Below the pieces are notes generated by a model. That model made no database searches. It was not told where the DNA came from and saw only the letters and a program-made list of their open reading frames with translations. A program made the position numbers and the translations under genes. A DNA stretch of 64,000 nucleotides from Macrostomum lignano (taxonomy: Eukaryota): contig NIVC01001269.1 in assembly GCA_002269645.1 (NCBI GenBank), forward strand, positions 1-64,000. The letters are read 5' to 3'. Positions 48,501-59,873 of the stretch are shown here, piece after piece (position 1 is the first letter of the stretch; every line of letters begins with the position of its first letter).

Positions 48501-50415
48501 TGCGGTTCTGGCTCGCCGCTGTGCCCTGCTGCTGCTGCTGCTGCTTGAGCAGCTGAGTTTGCTCAAATGACAGAGCAGCCCTGATCTCGTTATCGGTGTA
48601 AGCTGAGGAGCGATTGTCAAGTATTGGTGATATTGACCTACTGGCGAAACTTAATCAACAGGTAAATAATAAGGATCAATAGCAGTTGATTCAAGAAAGC
48701 CAGCAATAATCAACACTTGGTTGGATTTGTTCAGTTGATAAACTGCTAGAGAGCAAGGACACGAAATTTGTCACCCAGGGGGCTTGGGTTGCCGTGTAAT
48801 TCACAGCCATGAGGGTCAACCCCGATGCTCAGCTCAGAAAGAAAACATGAAAAATTAGGCACAATCGGTAGACCCTTTATCGTTGAAGAGAACAGGTAAA
48901 CTCTATGATGATTGGTTCCATTGCTATCTGGCAATTTTTGTTTTGATTGATCGATTCAGTTGGAAATCAGAATTAGTTCGCCAATAGTGGGGATAGTCAA
49001 CCTGCAGCCAAGAAAGAGACAATTAGTTATGTTAGGCCCCTTGAGCAGGAACACGCGCACACACACACACACACTTAGTGAGGTCGCGGGTGCTTTGGAG
49101 GACCAGGCCCGGAGTCGGTAACGGAGAGAATGTGCTCGACCGCAGCCTTAGGTTTTCCCAGAGGTCCTTAGACACCAGTGAGATGGGGGCGGATGGGCAG
49201 TCAAACAGATGGGCCACAGTCTCATCAGAGCGGTTGCAGCGCGGGCAGGTAGGGCGAGGCCCTGCTGTCAATTTCCTGCTGGTAAGCGGTCAGATCGGAG
49301 TTGAGACAGCAAGACACGCTGGGTCCTGGATAGGGACAGCTTCGAGCAGTCGATGAGAGGCGGCTGTTTCGGAATCACTTTATTTGGGCCGCTCATGAGA
49401 AGATGCCCTTGGACACAGGATGTTTGAAGGTCCTTCACAACTTGGCGGAGCGGCTGAGGATGGTCTTGGTGCAGCTGAATGTTGTTCAGGTAGGTGGAGT
49501 GGAGGCTGAGGAAGTGGTGAGCAGAGGAGGAGAGCGAAGGAGCGGATGAGGAGCCCCTCAAGAGCCTCAAGATGCGATAGTCGGACGCGTTACCGTGAAG
49601 TTGCCCTGCCCTTGCATTGGCAAACACAAGAATCGATGCTCACCGGTGGCGGCATCGTCTCCGGAGAAAATCCGATAGCCAGCTGTTGACGTCATCTCGC
49701 CCTCGATGATCCCGCAGCTGTCGCTGACGCTGCTGCCGCGAGTGTCAACAGTTCGACGCTGCTGCATCAGCGAGCTGGAGCTGCCTCTCCTGGCGGCGGC
49801 GATGATCGACTCGGTGCACGCCTCGTCCGCGTCCTCGGCCTCAGCCTCCTCGTTGGCTTCCTCATCATCTTCATCCTCTAGAGTTTCCTCGTCATCGGCC
49901 GATGACTGCTCTTCATCAACTTCGGCTTCTTCGCTCTGTTCCTCCTCCTCCTCGTCCTCCTCCTGAATGTCCGGAGCAAAGCTCACCCGATCGCCGCCAC
50001 CGCTGGAGAGCAGCGCCGCCGCGGCCTCCTCGACATCCTCGTCTGGCTCGCCAGCCTCGCAGAGAATCGCCCGCATCCGCTGGTAGATGGCCCGGTCCAT
50101 CGAGCGCCTGCGTCTGGGCAGATAAGGCGGAGGCTGCGGCGGAGTTCTGATGGTGCACGAGGTCAGAGAGTCGATCATGAGCGGATCGGGAGACTGCCGG
50201 TCCGGCGACTGCGATTTTATTGGCTGCTCCTGCTGCTCCTGCTGCTCCTGTTGCTCCTGCTCCTGCTCCTGCTCCTGAGGCTGTACAAGCCTGTGAAACT
50301 CCTCGCAAGGAATCCTCAGCAGGTGATAGCCCCGACGACATGCCTGATTTGAGTCCACCTCGTACGAGGCCAACTGCAACTGCTGCAGATCACTGCTAAG
50401 ATAATTAGTTGACAT
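45536..50415 (-). CDS. Uncharacterised multi-exon protein (Gln/Glu/Ala-rich, probably disordered)
   Basis: GC-rich coding-like segments 50415-49594, ~48640-48406, 46653-46251 and 45888-45536. The last three join in frame through GT-AG introns (phases 0,1). The junction between the first two is unresolved. No recognisable domain. Confidence 0.6.
46700..48290. repeat. 36-bp minisatellite in an intron of the minus-strand orphan gene
   Basis: Unit gagtaggtaattagatcatccttgagtagtttgggt, with three 35-bp variant units (~46997, 47357, 47967). Confidence 0.92.
49050..49560 (-). mobile_element. 3' fragment of a non-LTR retrotransposon (LINE) ORF2
   Basis: Frameshifted LSRTQRVLLSQLRS followed by the terminal zinc knuckle CPRCNRSDETVAHLFDCP, typical of LINE ORF2 C-termini; followed by a (tg)n tract. 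Confidence 0.7.
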
Positions 50416-50984
50416 CACGGTGGCTAACAATGTTTGATAGAGACAAATTATTTTTGGTGAGATACTTATGCCATTTTGAGACTAATAAAGAGACAACACA
50501 GGGTCGTTACGAGCTCAAATTGATTGATGATGACGCCATAGACAAGTGGCTTACCGTCTTTGCGATGTAGCTTGAGCAGCGGGCAATTATACTTAGACGC
50601 TTGTGAAACCTGGTTAAGTTAGCTCGTAGACATGAGGCAGTCAATTCTGACAATTGTCGTGCTGCTTTTAAACCGTTTATTCGCTAGCAGGCATGGGACA
50701 CTCTCTTGGTTATCCTTGCATACAGCGAATGGGGCTGTCCTTGGTCTTTCTGCGTTGTGTTGTGCGGTCTGTCTTTTTTGACGAGGAAGTATAGAGCCAT
50801 GGAGGGCATGAGTTTATCTACTGAAATGTCCGAATTCGGCTGCCCCCTGTCTAACTTGATTTCTAATCGGTGTCATTTTGTCCATGGCCTTAGTCTATGG
50901 ATGAGCCCCAGATGATGAGACCTTAGGACTGTCATCTCCTCCATCCGACCCATAGCATATCTTCAAACAGTTGACATTGTCCTA

Positions 50985-51110
50985 CAGCCAGAGCTGACGG
51001 CAAGTCTGCCCATTCCGCAGACTCCTGAGCACACACAAGCGCGCCAATACTGTACGCAGGCACGCACTCATGCACACGCTCACACAGGGGTGCACATCCG
51101 CCCTGACTTT
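50985..51110 (+). repeat. Dispersed repeat family B, copy 3
   Basis: ctgcccattccgcagactcctgagcacacacaagcgcgccaatactgtacgcagg...ccctgacttt. Confidence 0.75.
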
Positions 51111-51483
51111 CAACTTATTAAATTTATTGTGAAAGCGCAAAAGAGTTCACAAGGGTCAGGATTTTCATCTGCAGAAGGCAGCTGTACTTCCTGTACTCGT
51201 ATCAAAGCTACGAGGCTTCTTTTAGTAGTTGCTATGGTTTTTAAGTTCTTTTTTCTACAAATTTTCACGCTCATGCTAAAGACTCTATATCGTTCTCTAA
51301 TTGTTTAAAGGACGACTATCTGGGACGACGAAAATATCTGGGGCCCGTGCTAAATTCAAATCAGCTTCATCTTCTAAAGATTTTGTGTATTAGTATTAAA
51401 CATGCTGGACTATGAAATATATATTTTTAGCATTGCATATATACTGTAGATAGCGATTGGCTCATATGGTGATTTAAGATTAT

Positions 51484-51770
51484 TGATAATAATAATAATA
51501 ACTGATTACACCTGCCCCAACGGGCAGATGTGCAACCGACAGCTCAGCCGCAGCTATTGCACGGCGCATCTGAAGGCTGCGTGCGGCTTTTCAGTCCAAG
51601 GACTGGGGGGGGGGGGGGGGTCGCCACACACATCCGCAATTACCCCAGCTAATGAACTGAAGCAATGCAGAGTTGATTCTTCCTCAAGGACAAAAATCGT
51701 TCTGTGGGATCGGGAATCGAACCCCCAAACCTTCAAGTCGTGAGTCCAACGCGCTGACCACTAGGTTGTA
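51484..51770 (-). mobile_element. tRNA-derived SINE family A, copy 3 (most complete)
   Basis: Minus strand has A-box-like tagtggtcagcg, B-box ggttcgattcc, body ttgtccttgagg...tcaactctgcattgcttcagttca, and a (tta)n tail. Confidence 0.8.
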
Positions 51771-52036
51771 GATTATTGCTAACTGCTATAGTCACGGGAC
51801 CATAGTTTTTGTGTTTTGTATTGGTATTGGTTCCCTTAACTTTGTCAAAACTGGTGAATTTACTATCATGCGAGCATACAGATGCGCATGCTTCTCAAGC
51901 TATCTATAGAGCCGTGATCAGCAACCCAGAACAGTCTATGGACAAAGCGCCCAGTCAAGACTGCCAAGTCTGTATGCGTTCCCCTATTTGACAGCTAAAA
52001 GTGGCAGTTGTTGCGTAGCAGCGGCCCTCGTCATTC

Positions 52037-52765
52037 ATGCCGGCAGACTCCCTGACTGTCAGACTGCAGCTGGACGAATCCGAGTCAAGCGTCGGCATGC
52101 CAACAGCCGAGCCGATCCTCATCAAGCTGCTGTGCAGCACCAAGCAGACGGACAGCGCTGAAGACCACGCTGACGGCAACAGCAGCTGCGGCGACTGCAG
52201 CAGCCGGTGCAGCAGCAACCATAACAACAACAACAGCGGCAACTCCCGCGCCACCAACAGGTCCTCGGCAGCTGGAGACGCCAGCAGGAGCAGCAGCTTG
52301 GCGGTGCAGAAGCGGCTGCAAAATGAGCAGCTTCGCCAGGACCTGGCCAAGCAGCTCGACACTCGACTGCACGACATCGGCGGGCCGATCAGCGCCGAGT
52401 GGTCGGCCATCAAGCAGTTCGTCAGCTCGGAGATTCAAGCCAACCTTGGCGACAAGCTCCGGTCGGATGTCGAGTCCCTCATGGAACATCCGCATCTCCG
52501 CAAGATGGTGCGAGAGCTGCAGGCGGAGCGGCCGGAGTCCGCGACTCAGACCGACATGCTGGACCGGATGACGGCGTCGCTGTTGCCGAAAGTCCGACGA
52601 AATCATCGACAGTTTCTAGACAGATTAAACCGGCGCGTCTCCCAGATGCTGGTGCAGCTCATGCACAATGACCAGATGGTGACCGTCATTGATGATGAAC
52701 AGCTCATTAACGATCTGTTCAAGCTGTCCTCCGGCAGCGACGAGGACACTTCGAGGACTGCTTGA
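52037..52765 (+). CDS. Uncharacterised 242-aa protein, single exon
   Basis: ATG-initiated ORF with GC-rich codon usage like the other exons here; helical-looking C-terminal half; no domain recognised. Confidence 0.6.
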   Translation: MPADSLTVRLQLDESESSVGMPTAEPILIKLLCSTKQTDSAEDHADGNSSCGDCSSRCSSNHNNNNSGNSRATNRSSAAGDASRSSSLAVQKRLQNEQLRQDLAKQLDTRLHDIGGPISAEWSAIKQFVSSEIQANLGDKLRSDVESLMEHPHLRKMVRELQAERPESATQTDMLDRMTASLLPKVRRNHRQFLDRLNRRVSQMLVQLMHNDQMVTVIDDEQLINDLFKLSSGSDEDTSRTA

Positions 52766-53807
52766 GGCGCGCTGAACTTATACAGCATCAGCTTAAACTA
52801 TAGTCAGAGTACTGAGCTCAATTTTCGATTGTAAGTCTTCAAAAACAAACGCGTTACTGATTTGGTCGTGCTGAATTCAATAAAAATCAAATTCAAATTC
52901 GTGCCCAACGTCGATAAACAAGTACACGCAGAGAAGTCTGTTAGTAATACAAATTTTTTTTGCGTGTTTTAAGGCAGTTATTATTTGTTTTACCAATATT
53001 CTTCGTTGGCGCTAATTTGAATCGCATTTATTTAACTACCGGTTCTGAGTGAACCAAGAGGCCAGCAACAAATGCAGGCAAATATTTAATATTTAGCATT
53101 TTGTTTGTTTACCTTGACTTTATTTATCGCATCAAAATGGTTCCGTCTTATTGAAATATCTACATAACTGTCCATCCTCGATAGCAGATCAGTGACTTTT
53201 CCATCCGGTATGTAGCTTTTCATTCGACACTCGTCGTTGATTGGCTGATCCAAAGTCGCCAGACGTACAGTGACCCGCAAGCTAAATAAATGAAACCCAG
53301 TTACCAGTTGCTAAATAGCCGGCCTTGTCAGTCGCGATAGGTTTAGAATTTGTTTCTGAAAAAGCCTCGTAATGAAAAGTTTACGACATTTATCTCATAT
53401 TATATTTCGGATAAGAAGGTTTGTCTTTGTTATACTTTTTCTTTGTTACACGGAGCTTTTCATTGGCATTGAAACTCGTTTTGGGACGAAAAATTTCTGA
53501 TTTTGAAACTTTTTCACCTTTTCCAACCTCTACTTTTATTTAAACTCTTCAATAATAACAAAAAACTTTGTTTTAAATAGTAAACGATCGAAGATCCATA
53601 TGTGAACAATATTTTTGCAAGTCGTAATTCGTTTAATCTTGAAGTTCATTCCCTGACGATACGAAACTGGTGTAATTATAAACAGAACAACATAGGAGTA
53701 TATACTTTATTTAACATGTACACTTTATTTTCAATAAATAATAGTTTGAGGTTGCATGTAGCCTTGTGGTCAGATCGTCGGACTCACGACTAAAAGGTCG
53801 GGGGTTC

Positions 53808-56644
53808 TGTTATTCCACCTAGTTGAATTAGCCTAGCAGGGCGGTGCCTGTTGCCAGCGCTCTCTCTCTCTCTCGCCCGCTCTGTCCTAATCAATAGCAT
53901 CAATAGCGTAGCAATGTACATGTTCATGAATGTACGCATCGTTCACTGTCGCCTAACAAATATATATATTGGGCCCACGGCCATATGGGGCCTTAAGCCT
54001 TTCGTTTCGCGCTCACATTGCCGCCTTCACTATCAGGTTCAGCACCCCGCTGGGCCTCATGCGACTCACCAGGCTCAGCATGGGTTTCACCAACGCGTCG
54101 GAGGTGCTGCAGAGAGTCATGACGGGAGTCCTCAGCGGCCTAAATGGTGTCAGGTGGGCCCACGACGATATCACGATCTTCGCGCGCAACATGGCCGAAC
54201 ACAACAGCCGTTTGAAGGCGTGCCTCCAGCGCCTCAGAGACCACGGGATCACCCTTAACCCCGATAAGTGCCGTCTCGCCCAACCTTCCATCGAATTCCT
54301 CGGAATGCGCATCAGCGCCAGCGGCGTCCAGCCAACAGAGGAGAAAATAAAGGCGCTCAAGGCCTTCAAGGAGCCCACGAACACATCGAAACTACGCTCA
54401 TTCCTTGGGCTGGCAACCTACCTGTCAAGGTTCATTCCTAACTTCTCCGACCTGACTCAACCGATGCGAGAGCTGCTCAAGAAGGGCCACGTCTGGAGCT
54501 GGACGGACAAGCAGCAAGAAGCCTTCAAACAAACTAGGGCCGCCATTTGTTCAGAAAACATTCTGGCCTTCTTCGACGTCAACATGGAGACGGAGGTGCA
54601 CGTGGACGCCTCGCCGGTCGGCCTCGACGCTATCCTGAGCCAGACGGACAAGAGAGGAGTCCGCAGACCTATCGCCTTCGCCAGCAGATCGCTGACGGCC
54701 GTCGAGCAACGGTATGCTCAGATAGAGCGGGAGGCGCTTGCTGTGAAGTTTGGCTGCCTCCGATTCGAGCACTACCTCAGCGGCTGCCCAAGGTTCACCA
54801 TCGTGACAGACCACCGCCCGCTGGTACCACTCTTCCAGCCGGGGTCTCGGCCGCCGCCCAGAATCGAGCGTATGGCACTGAGAGTGCAGCACCTCAGCTT
54901 CAACATCATCTACCAGCCCGGGCCGCAAAACCCAGCCGACGTGCTCAGCAGGCAGCCGCAAATGCAGACAACCGACAACCCCGGCGAAGTGCTCGACCGG
55001 CAGTTCATCAACGCCATCGCCCTCGGATCGACGCCACAAGGTCTCAACTTCGAGTCAATCAAGCAGGCGGCCAGGCTCGACGGTGTCACTCAGGCAGCCA
55101 TCTCGGCACTTCAGACCAACCAGTGGACCAGCAACGACCATGAGTTCCGTGCGCTTGCCTGCATCCGGCAAGAACTGTCGGCCCACGACGGCGTTCTGCT
55201 TCGCGGTTCTTCGATCATCGTGCCAGCGAGTCTTCGGCGAGTAGTACTCCAGCTGGCGCACAAAGGCCATCAGTGCTGGCGGAAAACGCTAGACCGGCTT
55301 CAAACGAAGGTGTGGTGGCCAGGCATGAGGGGCGACTGCCAGGTCTTCGTGCAAAGCTGCCTCGCCTGCCAAGCAACGTCGCCTAAAACGACCAATCCGC
55401 CACCTCTTCAGCCCTCGCAGCTCCCCGACGGAGCCTGGCTCGTCCTCGGCATGGACTTCTACGGTCCGGTGCAGGACAAAATGCTGCTAGTGACAACAGA
55501 CCTTTACTCAAAGTTTCCAGAGATCAACATCGTCAGTTCGACCTCCGCAGAGGCTGTGCTGCCACACCTGAAAACTCTCTTCAGCAGGTACGGCATCCCA
55601 CAAGAAATCATCAGCGACAACGGCCCACCCTTCAACTCTGCAGAGTTCCACAGCTTTCTCGCTGAGCACGGCGTCAAGCACCGCCGCATCTGCTTGCTGC
55701 ATCCGGAGGCCAACGGAGCGACCGAGCGCGTCAACCGATGCGTCAACAAGGTCGTCAGGGCGGCCATCGCCGAAGGCCGCAGCTGGCGCAGTGCCCTAGA
55801 CGACTGGCTCCTCGCATACCGCGTCACTCCTCATTCGGCAACCGGAGTCGCACCGGCCGAATTGCTAATGGGCCGGACCTTCAACGACACCGTCCCGTCG
55901 GCGCGCCCCTCGCAGCCCGTGTACCATCATCGCACACAGCTGACCCAGCGACACTCGGCCTACACCAGAGCGATGGCCAGGGACTTCAACCGTTCCCGGA
56001 GGGCCAAGGCCTGCAGCGTGAGGCCGGGTACTGCGGTGCTACGGAGGCGGAATCAGCGAACAAAGACTCAGACACCCTTCGAGGTCGAGCCCTGGACCGT
56101 CGTGGACAGGCGGGGTGACTCCTACGTGCTACAACAGGGCGACCGCACCTGCACTCGACACCTGACGCACATCCGCCCGCTGGTGGCGGCAGAGGGCGCT
56201 GCGGCGAACGCGGAACCGACGCCGCCAGAATGCGGCATTGCCCAGCGGCCGCATCCCCCCGCGGCCAAAGACAAGCCAATCAGCTACAAGGACTGATTTG
56301 GGGTTGGGGCTGATTAAGGACTGGAACTATTGTACGAGTACTTCGATGACTGTCATTCGAGCTTTTATCCCCTCTTTGTTTCTTTCTGCTTTGGGAGAAG
56401 TGTTATTGCCACCTAGTTGAATTAGCCTAGCAGGGCGGTGCCTGTTGCCAGCGCTCTCTCTCTCTCTCTCGCCCGCTCTGTCCTAATCAATAGCATCAAT
56501 AGCGTAGCAATGTACATGTTCATGAATGTACGCATCGTTCACTGTCGCCTAACAAATATATATATATTGGGCCCACGGCCATATGGGGCCTTAAGCCTTT
56601 CGTTTCGCGCTCACATTGCCGCCTTCACTATCGCAGTCTTTACA
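53808..56644 (+). mobile_element. Ty3/Gypsy LTR retrotransposon, internally deleted
   Basis: Near-identical LTRs at 53808-~54035 and 56401-56644 (TGT...ACA), PPT-like gggagaag at 56393-56400, 5-bp TSD ggttc at 53803-53807 and 56645-56649. Gag, protease and PBS are missing. Confidence 0.92.
54035..56296 (+). CDS. pol: Gypsy pol remnant: RT C-terminal part - RNase H - integrase
   Basis: RT AHDDITI, RNase H VDAS...ILSQ...PIAFASR and YAQIEREALA, integrase HKGH...CLAC, GMDFYGP, SDNGPPF, ANGATER. The RT-RH-INT order is the Ty3/Gypsy order. Confidence 0.9.
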   Translation, partial: RFSTPLGLMRLTRLSMGFTNASEVLQRVMTGVLSGLNGVRWAHDDITIFARNMAEHNSRLKACLQRLRDHGITLNPDKCRLAQPSIEFLGMRISASGVQPTEEKIKALKAFKEPTNTSKLRSFLGLATYLSRFIPNFSDLTQPMRELLKKGHVWSWTDKQQEAFKQTRAAICSENILAFFDVNMETEVHVDASPVGLDAILSQTDKRGVRRPIAFASRSLTAVEQRYAQIEREALAVKFGCLRFEHYLSGCPRFTIVTDHRPLVPLFQPGSRPPPRIERMALRVQHLSFNIIYQPGPQNPADVLSRQPQMQTTDNPGEVLDRQFINAIALGSTPQGLNFESIKQAARLDGVTQAAISALQTNQWTSNDHEFRALACIRQELSAHDGVLLRGSSIIVPASLRRVVLQLAHKGHQCWRKTLDRLQTKVWWPGMRGDCQVFVQSCLACQATSPKTTNPPPLQPSQLPDGAWLVLGMDFYGPVQDKMLLVTTDLYSKFPEINIVSSTSAEAVLPHLKTLFSRYGIPQEIISDNGPPFNSAEFHSFLAEHGVKHRRICLLHPEANGATERVNRCVNKVVRAAIAEGRSWRSALDDWLLAYRVTPHSATGVAPAELLMGRTFNDTVPSARPSQPVYHHRTQLTQRHSAYTRAMARDFNRSRRAKACSVRPGTAVLRRRNQRTKTQTPFEVEPWTVVDRRGDSYVLQQGDRTCTRHLTHIRPLVAAEGAAANAEPTPPECGIAQRPHPPAAKDKPISYKD

Positions 56645-57484
56645 GGTTCGATTTTCGATCACTCTGAACAATTTGTGTCCTTGAGCGAGGCACTTAATTC
56701 TGCACTGCTTCAGTTCACCCAGCTGTAAAATGGGTGCCAGAATTAGCTGGGGTAGTGTGGCGACTCCCCAGTCCTTGGACTGAACAGCCGTACGCAGCCT
56801 TCAGATGCCAATAGCTGCGGCTGAGCTGTCGGTTGCACATCTACCCTTTAGTTGACATTATGACAGGATTTCAGCTATCACCAAAGCAACTTTTGATTTA
56901 TCCGCATCTTAGTCGAGTAGCTAAAAAGATAGCTCCTACATTTTGCAAAATGGTTCCTTTTTACATTTCGCAACTGGCGCAATATGAAAAGCCTCAAAGA
57001 AGTTCAGAAGCGGCTGAGTTAATAGGAATTGAATCAATTTCTGGAATATGCTTTGTAGTTGTTATAATATAATCATATTTAACTTTTATTGAATAGTTAC
57101 GCTTTTGTTTACAGATCCGAAACGGATTTTGTAGCTGGAATATTTCATTTTTGCACCTTGTTAAGCATTAAGCTCAACCATTGAAACCGTGTAGATCGCG
57201 GCAGTCGTATTTTTCACGTTGGTAAAATGGAGTTGAGACCGACTCTGTACCTCGCAGTAAATCCGAGCGTCTTTGAAGCCTCACTGGGATGCCATTTCTT
57301 CCAACATCATTTTGCAAGATCATTTTGTTGGGTCAATTCAATTTAATATTTGAACAACTAACCTCCAATAAAATTTTTGCAGGATCTTACAAGTTTAAGA
57401 TAGATTCCTAAGAGTTTGTCAGCTAAGAATCATAGAGGACCATGGAGTCAGACTTGAATAATATCGCACCGTCCCTCCAGCCTC

Positions 57485-58830
57485 TTAGTCCAGCAATCCT
57501 TGACCAGCGGTCGTCTCCTCGACGCCCTCCTCAATGACATCCTGTTGAATATCTTGAGCCCGACTAGATGACACAGCAGACGACGAAGGTGTCTTAGCGG
57601 CGGCGGCGGCCGCACTACTGGACGTCGGTGGACGGCGCTTGCGGTTGGCCGCGCCGATTCGGCCACCAGCGATCGGCTTCAGCGAGTCCAGCTGCTGCTG
57701 GTGCTGCTCCAGCTGGCCTTTCTCGACGACGATTTCCACGTTAGTGACCGATCTGCCGTCTCGGTTGGACAGCCAGCAGAGCGCCGTCTGGCAGATCAGC
57801 GCCAGGATGACGGCCAGGCCGACGCAGACGTAGGCAGTGCCGTTCGAGCTCGAGAAAGCGCAAGCTTCGGGCGGTCGGATGGTCACCGGGTCACTGTGGA
57901 AATTTCCAATTTGAATTTGCGCCAAATTCTAGTGAGAGTATAACAAGCCCAGATTATTAAGTAGCTCGTATTTGGACACTTGGTTGTGAATAAAGTGGCC
58001 AAACGCGTAAGAAAAGTACAATATTTGGAATGCAATCGGGGGCGAATATTTCGAAATACGTCGCTAGCAGTCTACAGCAGTTGTCCATGGCCAATGGACA
58101 AAACTTTACTGTTTGTCCTGGCTTACATCTTTTTTCTCAATCTCTGATCAGACAGCCAAAGCAAGGGTACATGCCTGACAATTGGAAAGTCAGGGCCGAT
58201 GTACACCTCTGTGTGAGGGTGTGGATGGGTGCGTGCCCTGAGTACAGTATTGGCGCGCTTTTGCGCTCAGGAGTCAGTGGAATGGGCAGAATTGACTCAG
58301 CGCTGGTTGTTCCGCGGGGCCACTGCCCTCCTGCAGTTATTATTATTTATTAACCTAGAAGATTCTTGGTTTTTTTCATGATTAAAAGTCTTAGACCAGA
58401 CAAGCAGACAAAATTCTCACCTGGTCGAGAACTCATTGACAGAGTCGTTAGCGCTCGACCTTGACGGCTGCAATTTGTTGGCAGTTTTTATTTGGGCTGA
58501 GTTAGCAAAGCCCAATATTGTGAGTAGTACAGCGATGATGGCAGCCGAGTGCTGAGTCACTTGGAAGGCCAATCGACGTCTCTGAGCAGTACTTGAGTCG
58601 TTGCTACCTTGTGTCACTACAGAGCTGCACGCGGCCGTCACACCGACCAAGCCAGACAGGAGCACCAGGCCGGGACTCAGCGACCTGGCAACATCGGTGA
58701 CCGTCGCTGACTGACCTTGCAGGCGGTCGCAGCTGCTGACGATGGTGCTGAGAGCCAGAGAGAGACTGAGCGCGCAGCAGCACAGCGCAGAGATCAGCTC
58801 TGGAGCCAAAAACCGATCCTGAGGCATCAT
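57485..58830 (-). CDS. Four-transmembrane protein (MS4A/CD20-like topology), 272 aa, 2 exons
   Basis: Exons 58830-58421 and 57893-57485 join through a phase-2 GT-AG intron (819 nt). Four hydrophobic segments and a charged C-terminal tail. The start codon choice is uncertain. Confidence 0.65.
58167..58310 (-). repeat. Dispersed repeat family B, copy 4 (intronic)
   Basis: gtacatgcctgac...gagtcagtggaatgggcagaattgactcagcgctggttgt. Confidence 0.75.
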
Positions 58831-59800
58831 GCGTCTTGCTGGCTGTACAAGCGTTTGCTGTCCAGAGGCAATACAGGCTTTATGAGGGCCGCACGATTCA
58901 TTCGTGTGTGCATAAATATCCGCCGGCTGGACACCCAAACTTAGTTGCGGGCTGCTTAAAATGGGTATTGCGCACAAGGCTGCATTGTTTGGAATTTGAA
59001 TGCTAAACTGTAAAGATCAGCTATCGCTGTTAGCCATCTGGACAGAAACTGGGCAATGGAGGCGAAGTTTATGCATTTACGAGCTACACGCGGTTGCTAA
59101 ATAATATTCTAGTTTGCAAGTCATGCATATGCTATATAGTTATTTGAAATCTAAATTTCAGCGATTCTTACCTTTAGTTTCACCACAATCTTTGTTAAAC
59201 ATCGGTCAGGTTTAGTTTAGTCTATCTATACTAAATCAGTGGCGTCAGTTACTAAGCATGCATTATAGCCTGAGCCGGCTTACTTCGTCTTCGCACCTTA
59301 GCTCGCTATTTTTAACGTAACCCTCACTTCACCCTGTTATTTCCTCTGCAGTTTTCCCATCTCGCTTCCCTTGGTCTCAAAATGTTCTGCGATATCTATT
59401 TTTATTGCTCACCCAAATATTGGCCATCGACCAACTCCAGACCCGAACAGCCCCGACGAATCTCCACTTTCCTTCGTTTTCCTCATGCGTCGTATCTATT
59501 TTTAGCCACAGTTGCATGACGTCATACCGCCGGGAACGAGTTTGAGAGAGCTTCGGGTGGCAACGGCTTTAAAGGAAGACTTTTGAGCACATCTGGCGAC
59601 TCTATACATGTGTTCACTGGGGAATTTGAGCCTAAATATCCTCAGTATCGTCGGTTTTCTCAGGAGTGGGACTACATAACATAAGCCGTGCCTTGCATTT
59701 TCCTTGATTTGAGATCTCTGGGGGTAAAATGTACATGAGCGGTGTACAGCCTCGGGGCTAAAACTCTGCCAAATAATTATTGGTTGCATGTGCAGGGACT

Positions 59801-59873
59801 TGTGTTAGATGAATTGTGTTAGATGAATTGTGTTAGATGAATTGTGTTAGATGAATTGTGTTAGATGAATTGT
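59801..59873. repeat. 14-bp tandem repeat x5
   Basis: Unit tgtgttagatgaat. Confidence 0.9.

Larger units (their letters stand above)
53755..56850 (+). mobile_element. tRNA-derived SINE family A, copy 4, split by the Gypsy insertion (53755-53807 plus 56645-56850)
   Basis: Joining the flanks restores gtagccttgtggtcag...ggggGGTTCgattttcg...ttgtgtccttgagcgaggcacttaattctgc...cagctgtaaaatgggt. Confidence 0.8.

Noticed and set aside
51700-51770. Possible tRNA gene (also at 53755 and 37938)
   Set aside because: Only SINE heads with A/B boxes; no complete cloverleaf, and they continue into the shared SINE body
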